Shown here piece after piece: positions 43,142-51,407 of a stretch of 64,000 nucleotides of DNA. The first letter of the stretch is position 1, and every line of letters begins with the position of its first letter. The stretch covers positions 3,996 to 67,995 of the forward strand of contig JBKQWF010000307.1 of NCBI GenBank assembly GCA_052139695.1. The letters run 5' to 3'. Both the position numbers and the translations under genes were made by a program. The DNA is from Limisphaerales bacterium. GTDB lineage: Bacteria > Verrucomicrobiota > Verrucomicrobiia > Limisphaerales > Palsa-1400. The notes below the pieces were generated by a model that saw only the letters and a program-made list of their open reading frames with translations, was not told where the DNA came from and did no database searches.

Positions 43142-44962
43142 TTAAGCCCTGGGGAGATAAATTCGGAATGAACTACCCCACCCAATCACGCTATCCACCT
43201 CGACCCATCCGCTGTGCTGCCTGGCGATTTCATAGACGGTGGCCGGTCCCGATCCGATTGCTTTGGCCCCATTCTGGCCGGCAAAAGCGGGCTCATCTGC
43301 CGTTTCTAAAGCTGCTTTATCCAAGCCGCAACCAGTGTCGGTAACAGTCAGGCAAACAAAACGTCCGAAGGACGCCTCCGGCTTGAATCTCTCGGATTGG
43401 ATCGGAATATCCAGCGGAGTGGCGGCCAGCGTTAAACTCCCGCCTTGGCCCATCGCATCCCGGGCGTTGAGGCATAGGTTCATCACCGCCTGTCCCACTT
43501 TGGACGCATCGACACGCACCCAAAGAGCGTCGGGGGATTCTTCGCACATCACTTCGATGCTCTCATCCAGAAGCCGGCGTAAGACCTTCACGAGGTCGCG
43601 GAGAAGTTCGTTCAGGTCCACCAGCGCCACTCTGGCCAACGGCATAGGGTCCGCGATCATATCCGCGGGGCTGAAGGCGGGGTTCACCCAGATTGTATTG
43701 TCTTCCGGGCCGGTGAAAATGACCGCGTCCGCACTCATTTCTGGCGCCATCTCAGGCATGGGTTCCGTCTGTTCAAAGACAACCGGAAGTTCGTGCGCGG
43801 CCAGCGCGCCGGACAGCAACGCTTCGGATTTGGTTAGGGCGGGCAAAAAGACTTTAACGGTCGTGCCCTCTCCGGCTTGGCTGCTGACCTCGGCCCAGCC
43901 TTGATGCTGCTTCACGATCCCATAGACCAAAGAAAGTCCCAAGCCGCTGTGGGCGTCCGTGTTTTTGGTGGTGAAAAACGGTTCAAAAATCCGCGAAAGA
44001 TTCGGGGACGGAATCCCGCAACCCGTGTCCCGGACGGTTAGACAGATGAATTTGCCCGGGGCGGCCAAGGAACGCCCCGTCATCTCACCCGACGGCGCGG
44101 CGGAGTTTTCGGTGGTCAAAGCCAGCCGTCCGCCCTGAGGCATGGCGTCCAGAGCATTGGCCAGCAAATGGCAGATCATCTGACTCAACATGCCGCCATC
44201 ACCGAGAACAAACGGCAGATTGGCAGAGTAGTGGCTTTGCCATTGTATGTCGCCGGTGCCGGCAGATCGCATCAACTGGAAGCTATGCTCGGCGATTCGG
44301 TTGAAGTCCTGGGCTTGGAAGGTGAACGTTTGTTTTTGCGAAAAGCCGATCAATTGGCGGATCAGACGCTCAGCCCGGCGCGAGGCGTTCAAGGTTCGTT
44401 CCACCAGGCATCGTGCATCTGGAGAGAGGCCGCCGCTGGGTTCCAGCAGCAGTTGGCTGTTGGCCCGGATGACGGTCAGCAAGTCATCAAAATGCTCCGC
44501 CACCCCCGCCGCGAACTGCCCGACGGTATCCAGGCTTTGGCTCTCACGCAAATCCACCTCCCCTTTTCTGTTATGGGTAATGTCCTCACTGACAGAGATG
44601 AAATGAGTGATGGGACCGGACGTCTGCCAGCGAATGGGGGTCGTGGTTTGCACTTGGACGCAGAGAGCACCGTCTCGCCGCCGGTTGACAAATTCGCCCC
44701 GCCAGGTTTTGCCGCTGAGAACGGTATCCCAGAACTGAGTATAATAGGCTCGACTGTGGCTGCCCGATTTTAGAATCCTCGGAGTCCGGCCCAGAATCTC
44801 CTCAGCCGTGTAGCCGGTGGATTTGCTAAACGCTGGGTTCACCCAGATGATACTGCCCTCGCGGTCCGTGATCATGATTGAGCAATCCACCGCTGTCAGA
44901 GCTTTCGATTGCAGGATGAGTTCGTCCAGCTTCTCGGTCTTAGGTTCTTCCGGTAATTTCAT
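43142..44962 (-). CDS. Cytoplasmic PAS histidine-kinase-like protein with two tandem HATPase_c-like domains
   Basis: I use the internal ATG (complement of 44960-44962, MKLPEEPKTEK). PAS: IMITDREGSIIWVNPAFSKSTGYTAEEILGRTP. H-box-like GVAEHFDDLLTVI. First catalytic domain: HLLANALDAM, DTGCGI, GLGLSLVYGIVKQHQGW. Second, degenerate copy: MNLCLNARDAM, DTGCGL, GSGPATVYEIARQHSGW. Confidence 0.8.
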   Translation of the reverse strand: MKLPEEPKTEKLDELILQSKALTAVDCSIMITDREGSIIWVNPAFSKSTGYTAEEILGRTPRILKSGSHSRAYYTQFWDTVLSGKTWRGEFVNRRRDGALCVQVQTTTPIRWQTSGPITHFISVSEDITHNRKGEVDLRESQSLDTVGQFAAGVAEHFDDLLTVIRANSQLLLEPSGGLSPDARCLVERTLNASRRAERLIRQLIGFSQKQTFTFQAQDFNRIAEHSFQLMRSAGTGDIQWQSHYSANLPFVLGDGGMLSQMICHLLANALDAMPQGGRLALTTENSAAPSGEMTGRSLAAPGKFICLTVRDTGCGIPSPNLSRIFEPFFTTKNTDAHSGLGLSLVYGIVKQHQGWAEVSSQAGEGTTVKVFLPALTKSEALLSGALAAHELPVVFEQTEPMPEMAPEMSADAVIFTGPEDNTIWVNPAFSPADMIADPMPLARVALVDLNELLRDLVKVLRRLLDESIEVMCEESPDALWVRVDASKVGQAVMNLCLNARDAMGQGGSLTLAATPLDIPIQSERFKPEASFGRFVCLTVTDTGCGLDKAALETADEPAFAGQNGAKAIGSGPATVYEIARQHSGWVEVDSVIGWGSSFRIYLPRA

Positions 44963-45078
44963 TGTTTTGAGAAAGGCGCCAGCGCGTCTCGTCTTGATTA
45001 AGAAGAAACGTGGGCGGCAGATTACAAAAAATCGCGTCCTTGTGAAGGGACGGAGTCTGGGCATACACTGAGGCAAAC

Positions 45079-45627
45079 GTGACCAAAGGCAAAGTCGTCA
45101 TTCTGGGAGTAACCGGATCGATCGCGGCCCATAAAGCGGTCGATCTGGCCAGCTTGCTGGTCAAAGCCGGCTGCGAGGTCCATGTGGTCATGACGGCCGA
45201 TGCGCAACGGTTTGTCACGCCGCTGCCGTTCAAAACTCTTTCCCGCCAGGCGGTGCTGACCGATCTTTATGAGGTCGAGGAAGGCTGGAAGCCGGCGCAC
45301 ATTGAACTGGCGGACAAGGCGAACCTGCTTTTGATCGCACCCGCCACCGCCAATACGCTGGCCAAGCTGGCGCATGGCTTGGCGGACGACGCCTTGAGTT
45401 GTCTGGCCCTCGCCTTGAATCCCGCAGCCAAAGTCCTGCTCGCGCCCGCCATGAACGGCAAGATGTGGCTGCATCCGGCGACGCAAGCCAATGCCGCCGT
45501 CCTGCGGGAGCGAGGGGCCGAATTCCTTGGGCCAAACAAAGGCCTTCTGTCCTGCGGTTATGAAGGCATTGGCCGCTTATGGCCGGTCGAAGAGATTGCC
45601 CGGAGCGCCGCCGCGGTTCTTCAGTGA
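45079..45627 (+). CDS. Stand-alone CoaC/HFCD-family flavoprotein (phosphopantothenoylcysteine-decarboxylase-like)
   Basis: 182 aa with a GTG start. Motifs: VVILGVTGSIAAHKAVDL, IAPATANTLAKLAHGLADD, APAMNGKMW, SCGYEGIGRL. No CoaB domain is attached or adjacent. Confidence 0.8.
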   Translation: MTKGKVVILGVTGSIAAHKAVDLASLLVKAGCEVHVVMTADAQRFVTPLPFKTLSRQAVLTDLYEVEEGWKPAHIELADKANLLLIAPATANTLAKLAHGLADDALSCLALALNPAAKVLLAPAMNGKMWLHPATQANAAVLRERGAEFLGPNKGLLSCGYEGIGRLWPVEEIARSAAAVLQ

Positions 45628-47153
45628 ACGACGAGACTAAAACCAACAATTTCGACGCCAGCACGGTTCAAAAGTTGACTCGCTGGCTGGCCGCTCCTGT
45701 CATCGAGCCAAGCCAGCGGGCCGCGCGAATCCAAACGGTCGAGAAGGACATTGTTCTGCCGTTGCGGTTGTTGATGATCTGCATCCTCGGTTATTACTTC
45801 TTCTTTTCCGGCTGGTTTGACATGCCTTCCACCAGCAAGCCCATTAAACGAGAGCATCCGGTGCGTACCTCCACGAACACGGCAAACGCCACCGGGAGTT
45901 CCGGCGGAACGAATGTGCCCGTCGCCAAGACACACAAGGTCGCGGCGCCCGATGCCGCTGCCGATACGTCCACCGCTGGCCGGCTGCAGGATTGGACCTT
46001 AAACCACGCGATGGTCCTGAAGTCTGCTTTGGTGGCCTACGTGATCCTCAACGCCATCGTTGGCGCCATTTTGATTTGGTCCAAGAACATGTCGCTGGGA
46101 AAGATCCAATTGCTGGTGTTCGCGGTGGGCCTGTTGGACGCCGTCACGATGGGCACGCTGACTTTCCTGAGCAAAGGCTTCGACAGCAATCTTTACCCTC
46201 TTTTTCCGGTGCTGATCCTGCATAACGCGCTCTCGATCCCCGTAGCTTTTCCACAACTGTTGCTGAATTTCTTTGTCAGCGCATCTTTCCTTGTCGGCGG
46301 CCTTTCCGATCGGCACATGTTTATGTCGCCGGAAGACGCGCGCGAGGAAAATCCCGTTGAGCGCATGATCGTGCTGGCGGCCTGGGCTTTGTGCTGCTAC
46401 GGCATCCAAATGCTCTTCGAGAAGCAAAAACGCGCGGAGGCGGAAGCGACCGAATTTGCCGTGCGCCAGGAACGGTTGCGCACCGCCGGACGCCTGGCGG
46501 CGGAAATCGCCCATCAAATCAAGAACCCTCTCAGCATCATCACCAACTCCGCCTTTTCCCTGCAACGCGCCGCGCACGATGGCATCACGGCGGTGGACGA
46601 ACAAATCCAGATCATCCGCGAGGAAGTCGAGCGGGCCGACCAGATCATCACGGAGCTGATGGGTTACGCGCAATTGGCCGAAGGCAAAGTCGAACGCCTC
46701 GATGTGGAGGAGGAATTGGACAACGCGATTAACGAGGTTTTTCCGCCGGCGGCAAAGTATCAGGTCAAGATTTATCGGCATTACGCTCCCTCGCTCCCGG
46801 CGTTGTTGATGCAAAAGCGGCATCTTTCCAGCGTCCTGGTCAACCTGATGCAAAACGCGCGGGAAGCCATGCATGGGAGAGGCCAGCTCCGGGTCTCGGC
46901 CGCCTACGGCAACCACGATTCGATCCGCATTCTGATTGAGGACGACGGCCCTGGGATTCCCCTCGACAAGATGGATAAGATTTTTGAAGCCTATTTCACC
47001 ACCCGTCCCAAAGGCACCGGCCTGGGCCTGGCCATCGTCAAACATAATACTGAAATGTACGGCGGCGTCGTTACGGTCCATTCGGAGCTTGGAAAAGGAA
47101 CCGGGTTCGCGGTAGAATTCCCGGCGAGAATTTTAATGAGGTTATCCAAATGA
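45624..47153 (+). CDS. Membrane sensor histidine kinase (NtrB/AtoS-like)
   Basis: The track ORF starts at 45579; I prefer the GTG at 45624, which overlaps the flavoprotein stop (GTGA). Several TM helices. H-box LAAEIAHQIKNPLSII. Other motifs: LMQNAREAM, DDGPGIP, GTGLGLAIVKHNTEMYGG. Confidence 0.88.
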   Translation: MNDETKTNNFDASTVQKLTRWLAAPVIEPSQRAARIQTVEKDIVLPLRLLMICILGYYFFFSGWFDMPSTSKPIKREHPVRTSTNTANATGSSGGTNVPVAKTHKVAAPDAAADTSTAGRLQDWTLNHAMVLKSALVAYVILNAIVGAILIWSKNMSLGKIQLLVFAVGLLDAVTMGTLTFLSKGFDSNLYPLFPVLILHNALSIPVAFPQLLLNFFVSASFLVGGLSDRHMFMSPEDAREENPVERMIVLAAWALCCYGIQMLFEKQKRAEAEATEFAVRQERLRTAGRLAAEIAHQIKNPLSIITNSAFSLQRAAHDGITAVDEQIQIIREEVERADQIITELMGYAQLAEGKVERLDVEEELDNAINEVFPPAAKYQVKIYRHYAPSLPALLMQKRHLSSVLVNLMQNAREAMHGRGQLRVSAAYGNHDSIRILIEDDGPGIPLDKMDKIFEAYFTTRPKGTGLGLAIVKHNTEMYGGVVTVHSELGKGTGFAVEFPARILMRLSK

Positions 47154-48568
47154 ACTGGCCCCTACCCCCGGTATTGGTCGTCGATGACGAGAAGAACATG
47201 CGTCTCTCGCTCAAGTCCATCCTGGCGGCCGAGGGCTACGAGCTGCGCCTGGTCGAATCTGCCGAGGAAGCCCTGTCCGCGATGGAGAAAGAGGATTTTC
47301 TCATGGTCATAACCGACGCCCGGCTGGGTGGCGGCATGAGCGGATACCAATTTCTCTCTCTGGCCTGCAAAAAATGGGCCAACACACCTTTTCTCATGAT
47401 TACGGCCTACGCCACGCCCAAGCTGGCGGTCGAGGCAATCAAGGCGGGGGCGATTGATTATCTGGCCAAGCCTTTTGCGCCGGAGGAACTGCTCCATGCC
47501 GTCTCCCGTTGCGCGGAACTGCACCGGCTCAAGCGGGACAATGCCGCCTTGCGCGCTTCCGTCGTCGAGCCCTACCAGATCGATCAAATCATCGGTGAAT
47601 CTCCCAAAATGATGGAGTTGCGGCAGTTGATCCGCAGCGTCGCGCCCACGGACGCTACCGTCCTCATCCTGGGCGAAAGCGGGACGGGCAAGGAGTTGAT
47701 TGCCGGCGCGTTGCACAGCTTGAGCCAGCGGCGGCAGAACAATTATATCCGCATCAATTGCGCGGCCATTCCTGAGACCCTGTTGGAAAGCGAGCTCTTC
47801 GGCCATGAAAGGGGGTCTTTCACGGGAGCCATCAAGCAAAAGCTGGGCCGGGTCGAGGAAGCGCACGGGGGCACTATTTTCATGGATGAAATCGGCGACA
47901 TGAGCCGGCCTTTGCAGGCCAAGCTCCTGCGCTTTTTGGAAGATGGGTCTTTTACCCGTGTCGGGGGCAACGATGAGTTGCACGTGGATGTCCGCCTGAT
48001 CGCCGCGACGAACCGCGACATAATCGAGGCGATCAGCCAAAACAATTTCCGGGAGGACTTGTTCCACCGGCTCAATGTTTTTAAGTTCCAGCCGCCGCCC
48101 CTGCGCGAGCGCGGCAATGACATCATGCTCCTGGCGGAAGATTTTTTGCGCCATTTCAACGCGACGATGAACAAGCACGTCCGCGGCGTCTCCGCGCCGG
48201 CGCGGCAGAAACTGATGTCCTATCATTGGCCGGGGAACGTGCGTGAATTGCGCAACGCTTTGGAGCGGGCCGTCATCCTGGAAGCGACGCCGGAGATTCT
48301 GCCCGGCAGCCTGCCGGACTTCCAGTTGGAGGGACGCTTGCGCAAGGCGGAAGGAATCTCCCTGTCAGGCAACGAATCGCTCGACGCGCTCATGGCCGAC
48401 TTCGAGCGCCAGGTCATCAACAGCGCCCTGGAGCAAAACCACTATAACATTTCCAAGACCGCCGAGCAGCTCAAGATCAGCCGCCACGCCTTGCGGTATC
48501 GCATGCAGCGCTTGAACATAACCGACGCGGAAGAGGAGACCTCTTCCCCAGGCGCCAGGGAACCGTAG
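47150..48568 (+). CDS. Sigma-54-dependent (NtrC-family) response regulator
   Basis: 472 aa with an ATGA overlap onto the kinase gene. Receiver VLVVDDEKNMR...VITDARL. AAA+ motifs: GESGTGKELIA, ESELFGHERGSFTGA, RLIAATNRD. Fis-type HTH: NISKTAEQLKISRHALRYRMQRL. Confidence 0.92.
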   Translation: MNWPLPPVLVVDDEKNMRLSLKSILAAEGYELRLVESAEEALSAMEKEDFLMVITDARLGGGMSGYQFLSLACKKWANTPFLMITAYATPKLAVEAIKAGAIDYLAKPFAPEELLHAVSRCAELHRLKRDNAALRASVVEPYQIDQIIGESPKMMELRQLIRSVAPTDATVLILGESGTGKELIAGALHSLSQRRQNNYIRINCAAIPETLLESELFGHERGSFTGAIKQKLGRVEEAHGGTIFMDEIGDMSRPLQAKLLRFLEDGSFTRVGGNDELHVDVRLIAATNRDIIEAISQNNFREDLFHRLNVFKFQPPPLRERGNDIMLLAEDFLRHFNATMNKHVRGVSAPARQKLMSYHWPGNVRELRNALERAVILEATPEILPGSLPDFQLEGRLRKAEGISLSGNESLDALMADFERQVINSALEQNHYNISKTAEQLKISRHALRYRMQRLNITDAEEETSSPGAREP

Positions 48569-48583
48569 AATTGGGGCGGGCGG

Positions 48584-49051
48584 TTATTTCGCTTCGGCAG
48601 CGGGCGGGGCGGCGGGAGCCGGTGGAGCGGCTGGGGCCGCCGCAGGACTGGCACTTGAAGTTGCCGCCGGCGCGGCTGGGGCAACGTTGGCTGCGACACG
48701 TCCTTCCCGTTCCTTGACCAGCGTGGCGCCTTTGCCGATGCGCCCGCGCAGGTAAGTCAGCTTGGCGCGGCGAACCGAGCCCTTGCGCTCCACTTCCACC
48801 TTGTCGATGCGCGGCGAATGGAGGGGAAAAATACGCTCCACCCCTTCCCCGTAGCTGATGCGCCGGACGGTAAAGGTGGAATTCAAGCCGTGTCCCCGGC
48901 GGCCAATCACCACGCCGGAAAAAATCTGAATGCGCTCCTTGTCGCCTTCGAGCACTTTAGTGTGAACTCGCACCGTGTCGCCGACCGCGAAATCCGTGGC
49001 GCCTTGGCGATGCTGTTCCGATTCAATTTTATCTAATAATACCTGGTTCAT
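48584..49051 (-). CDS. rplS: 50S ribosomal protein L19 with Ala/Pro-rich C-terminal tail
   Basis: Internal ATG (complement of 49049-49051, [13 protein letters not shown]). Motifs: [50 protein letters not shown]. The tail is [36 protein letters not shown]. Confidence 0.92.
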   Translation of the reverse strand: MNQVLLDKIESEQHRQGATDFAVGDTVRVHTKVLEGDKERIQIFSGVVIGRRGHGLNSTFTVRRISYGEGVERIFPLHSPRIDKVEVERKGSVRRAKLTYLRGRIGKGATLVKEREGRVAANVAPAAPAATSSASPAAAPAAPPAPAAPPAAEAK

Positions 49052-49061
49052 AAAATCATTC

Positions 49062-49745
49062 TCATTGTTCCGTCTTCTTCCGCCACAAATCCGGCCGCCG
49101 GTCTTGGGTCCGCAAAACGGCCTGTTCGCGGCGCCATTTCTCAATCTCGGCATGATTGCCGGACAAGAGCACCGGCGGGACCTTGAGCGTCCGAAACTCC
49201 GCCGGCCGCGTATAATGCGGGTATTCCAGCAACCCCTGGCTGAAAGACTCGTCCAGTGAACTCTGGTCATCTCCCAGCGCCCCTGGCAACAAGCGCGTCA
49301 CAGCGTCAATCAAGACCATGGCCGCCAGCGACCCATTGGTCAGGACATAATCGCCGATGGACAGTTCATCATCGGCCAATTCCTGGCCGACCCGTTCATC
49401 GACGCCTTCATAGGCGCCGCAAATCAAGAGCAGGTTTTCCTGCCGCGCCAGTACCTGAGCGGCGCTTTGGTCAAAGACTCGCCCGCTGGGCGACATCAAA
49501 ATGACCCTGGTCTTCTCGCCCGCCAGCGTCTCGACCGCTTCAAAAATCGGCTCCGGCTTCAAGACCATGCCCGGACCGCCGCCAAAAGGGCGGTCATCGA
49601 CCGTTTTATAATTGTCGTGGGTGTAATCCCGCAGATTATGCACCCGCAAATCCAACAGGCCGTTTTTTCGGGCGCGCTGGATAATGCTCACATCCATCGG
49701 TCCCGTGAACATTTCCGGGAACAAGGTGAGCAGATCAATTCTCAA
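49062..49745 (-). CDS. trmD: tRNA (guanine37-N1)-methyltransferase
   Basis: 227 aa. The TTG start overlaps the KH-protein stop (TTGA). Motifs: [49 protein letters not shown]. Confidence 0.92.
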   Translation of the reverse strand: MRIDLLTLFPEMFTGPMDVSIIQRARKNGLLDLRVHNLRDYTHDNYKTVDDRPFGGGPGMVLKPEPIFEAVETLAGEKTRVILMSPSGRVFDQSAAQVLARQENLLLICGAYEGVDERVGQELADDELSIGDYVLTNGSLAAMVLIDAVTRLLPGALGDDQSSLDESFSQGLLEYPHYTRPAEFRTLKVPPVLLSGNHAEIEKWRREQAVLRTQDRRPDLWRKKTEQ

Positions 49746-49993
49746 GCTTTTGCCGGCGGCGTATCCTCGACAATTTCCAGTGAACAGCGCATCGCTTTTT
49801 TGGCGCTGCCGGCCAGGAGCAACGAACGGATGGCGTTAATCGTCATCCCTTGGCGCCCAATGACTTTGCCCACGTCATCGGGATGCATCCGCAATTCATA
49901 AACCGTGAAGGCGTCCTTCACCACCGGTGTCACCGTGACCGTTTCGGGGTGTTGCACCAACCCTTTGACCAGATATTCGAGAAAGGCTTGCAT
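49742..49993 (-). CDS. KH-domain RNA-binding protein (YlqC/UPF0109-like)
   Basis: Internal ATG (complement of 49991-49993, [13 protein letters not shown]). The KH GxxG motif is in [18 protein letters not shown]. 83 aa. Confidence 0.85.
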   Translation of the reverse strand: MQAFLEYLVKGLVQHPETVTVTPVVKDAFTVYELRMHPDDVGKVIGRQGMTINAIRSLLLAGSAKKAMRCSLEIVEDTPPAKA

Positions 49994-50004
49994 CGACCCT
50001 CCTT

Positions 50005-50259
50005 CTAAGCGGTAGCGGCGGCTTTGCTTTGCTTTTTGATAAAGCTGGCCACCGTCTCGCTGGGTTGCGCGCCCAAGCTGATCCAATGCTTGGCGCGTTC
50101 GAGATTGAGCGTGCAATTGTCGCCCTTTTGCCGCGGGCGGTAGCTGCCGATTTCCTCAATAAATTTCCCATCCCTCGGACTGCGGGCGTCGGCCACAACA
50201 ATGCGATAGTAAGGAGCATTTTTTGCTCCCACGCGTTTCAAACGAATTCTCACTGACAT
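50005..50259 (-). CDS. rpsP: 30S ribosomal protein S16
   Basis: 84 aa. MSVRIRLKRVGAKNAPYYRIVVADARSPRDGKFIEEIGSY. Confidence 0.95.
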   Translation of the reverse strand: MSVRIRLKRVGAKNAPYYRIVVADARSPRDGKFIEEIGSYRPRQKGDNCTLNLERAKHWISLGAQPSETVASFIKKQSKAAATA

Positions 50260-50437
50260 AGATTATCTTTGGTGGCGCGGCGAGCCACATAAACAACCGC
50301 CCGCCGCAATAGCGGCGTCCAAAAAGGTGGGTGAGAGTAAACCCCCTCCACAGCCTTGGCAAGCACCTTTTTGGGGACTTATTGAAGATTGAAACCAGAA
50401 CAGATCCCCACCGAATATCCGCCTGGGAAAGGGAAGG

Positions 50438-50860
50438 TCACGCGGCGGCCTCCACCGGGGTAAAATAGAAGATCTGCGCGTCGCGATAGGATTTCAGACG
50501 CGTGTCGGTTGTCATCAGTGTCAAGGAATGCACGCGAGCGGTGGCCACAATGAGTTCGTCGGCCGGATCGCGATTGGGAAAATCCGGCAGGCCCATTGCA
50601 TCGGCGATGATTTCCGGTGTCAAAGGCAGCACAATAATGCCGACCGCCACTGTCTCTTTCAGCCATGTTTCCAGGCCCTTTTGCAAGGGCAATTTTCCGA
50701 TTTGGTTCTTCTTTCCCACTTCCCAAAGGCTAATGGCGGACAATCCGAACTGGGCGTCACGGCGGGCCAGGATTCGCCGCGCCGTTTCCGGCAGTGTCGC
50801 CGGCTCAGTGGCGCCGCGGAACCATACTGAAGTATCGAGCAGATACTTCATGCACTTCAT
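50438..50860 (-). CDS. vapC: PIN-domain toxin, VapC family
   Basis: The start is chosen at the ATG whose ATGA overlaps the antitoxin stop. Motifs: MKCMKYLLDTSVWF, SLWEV, PADELIVATA, LMTTD (PIN acidic residues). Confidence 0.85.
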   Translation of the reverse strand: MKCMKYLLDTSVWFRGATEPATLPETARRILARRDAQFGLSAISLWEVGKKNQIGKLPLQKGLETWLKETVAVGIIVLPLTPEIIADAMGLPDFPNRDPADELIVATARVHSLTLMTTDTRLKSYRDAQIFYFTPVEAAA

Positions 50861-51078
50861 TTCATGGCTTCCCACTCGACGCCGGTCGGTCCGTCGAGGT
50901 CAGCCGGAACCTTCGCCGTGCCCGCCATGCAACCGAGGAAGCCTCCCGGTTTCGCCTCCGGGACAACCCATGCAAAGCGCTTGCCTCGTTTGAAGATTTG
51001 GACCGTCTCGCCTGCGTCCAGCCAGCGGGAAAGGCGGGCAAAGTTGTTTCTGAGATCGCGAACAGTCGCCGTCTTCAT
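50857..51078 (-). CDS. Phd/YefM-type antitoxin partner of VapC
   Basis: Internal ATG (complement of 51076-51078). MKTATVRDLRNNFARLSRWLDAGETVQIFKRGKRFAWVVP is the typical prevent-host-death N-terminus. 73 aa. Confidence 0.8.
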   Translation of the reverse strand: MKTATVRDLRNNFARLSRWLDAGETVQIFKRGKRFAWVVPEAKPGGFLGCMAGTAKVPADLDGPTGVEWEAMK

Positions 51079-51407
51079 CGTGATACAAAGCGTATCACGA
51101 ATTAGGAAGAAGATCAACCGGTCCCGCGGACACGACAAAGTCCAGCGCGCTGGTCTGGAACGTAAGTGCTTGGCACTCTGAGGGGCGAGCTTGATGGAGA
51201 ATTCTGTCTCAGCCCCTTAAGGGGGGCCTCGAAGCGAAACCGGCGGACGACCGACTTAGGCAAAACGCCTCAGGCAAAACCTTGACTATGCCATAGGGTT
51301 GTACGATGTTGTTTGAATGAAAACTCGAAGAAACCAACAGCGAAAGGCTGGGCGGGCGGCTGCTTTTTTCGGGTTCCGGGCAATTCCACGCGGAAATTCT
51401 CTCCAGC

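Noticed and set aside
45999-48226. Minus-strand ORFs 45999-47081 (360 aa) and 47162-48226 (354 aa)
   Set aside because: They are antisense to the kinase and NtrC-type regulator genes, whose + strand motifs are unambiguous.
51160-51200. TGGCAC hexamer (cttggcactctgaggggc) upstream of the nucleotide-pathway array, considered as a sigma-54 promoter
   Set aside because: The GC element is not at the required N10 spacing and no TTGC-like -12 box is present. It also lies more than 200 nt from the first start codon.
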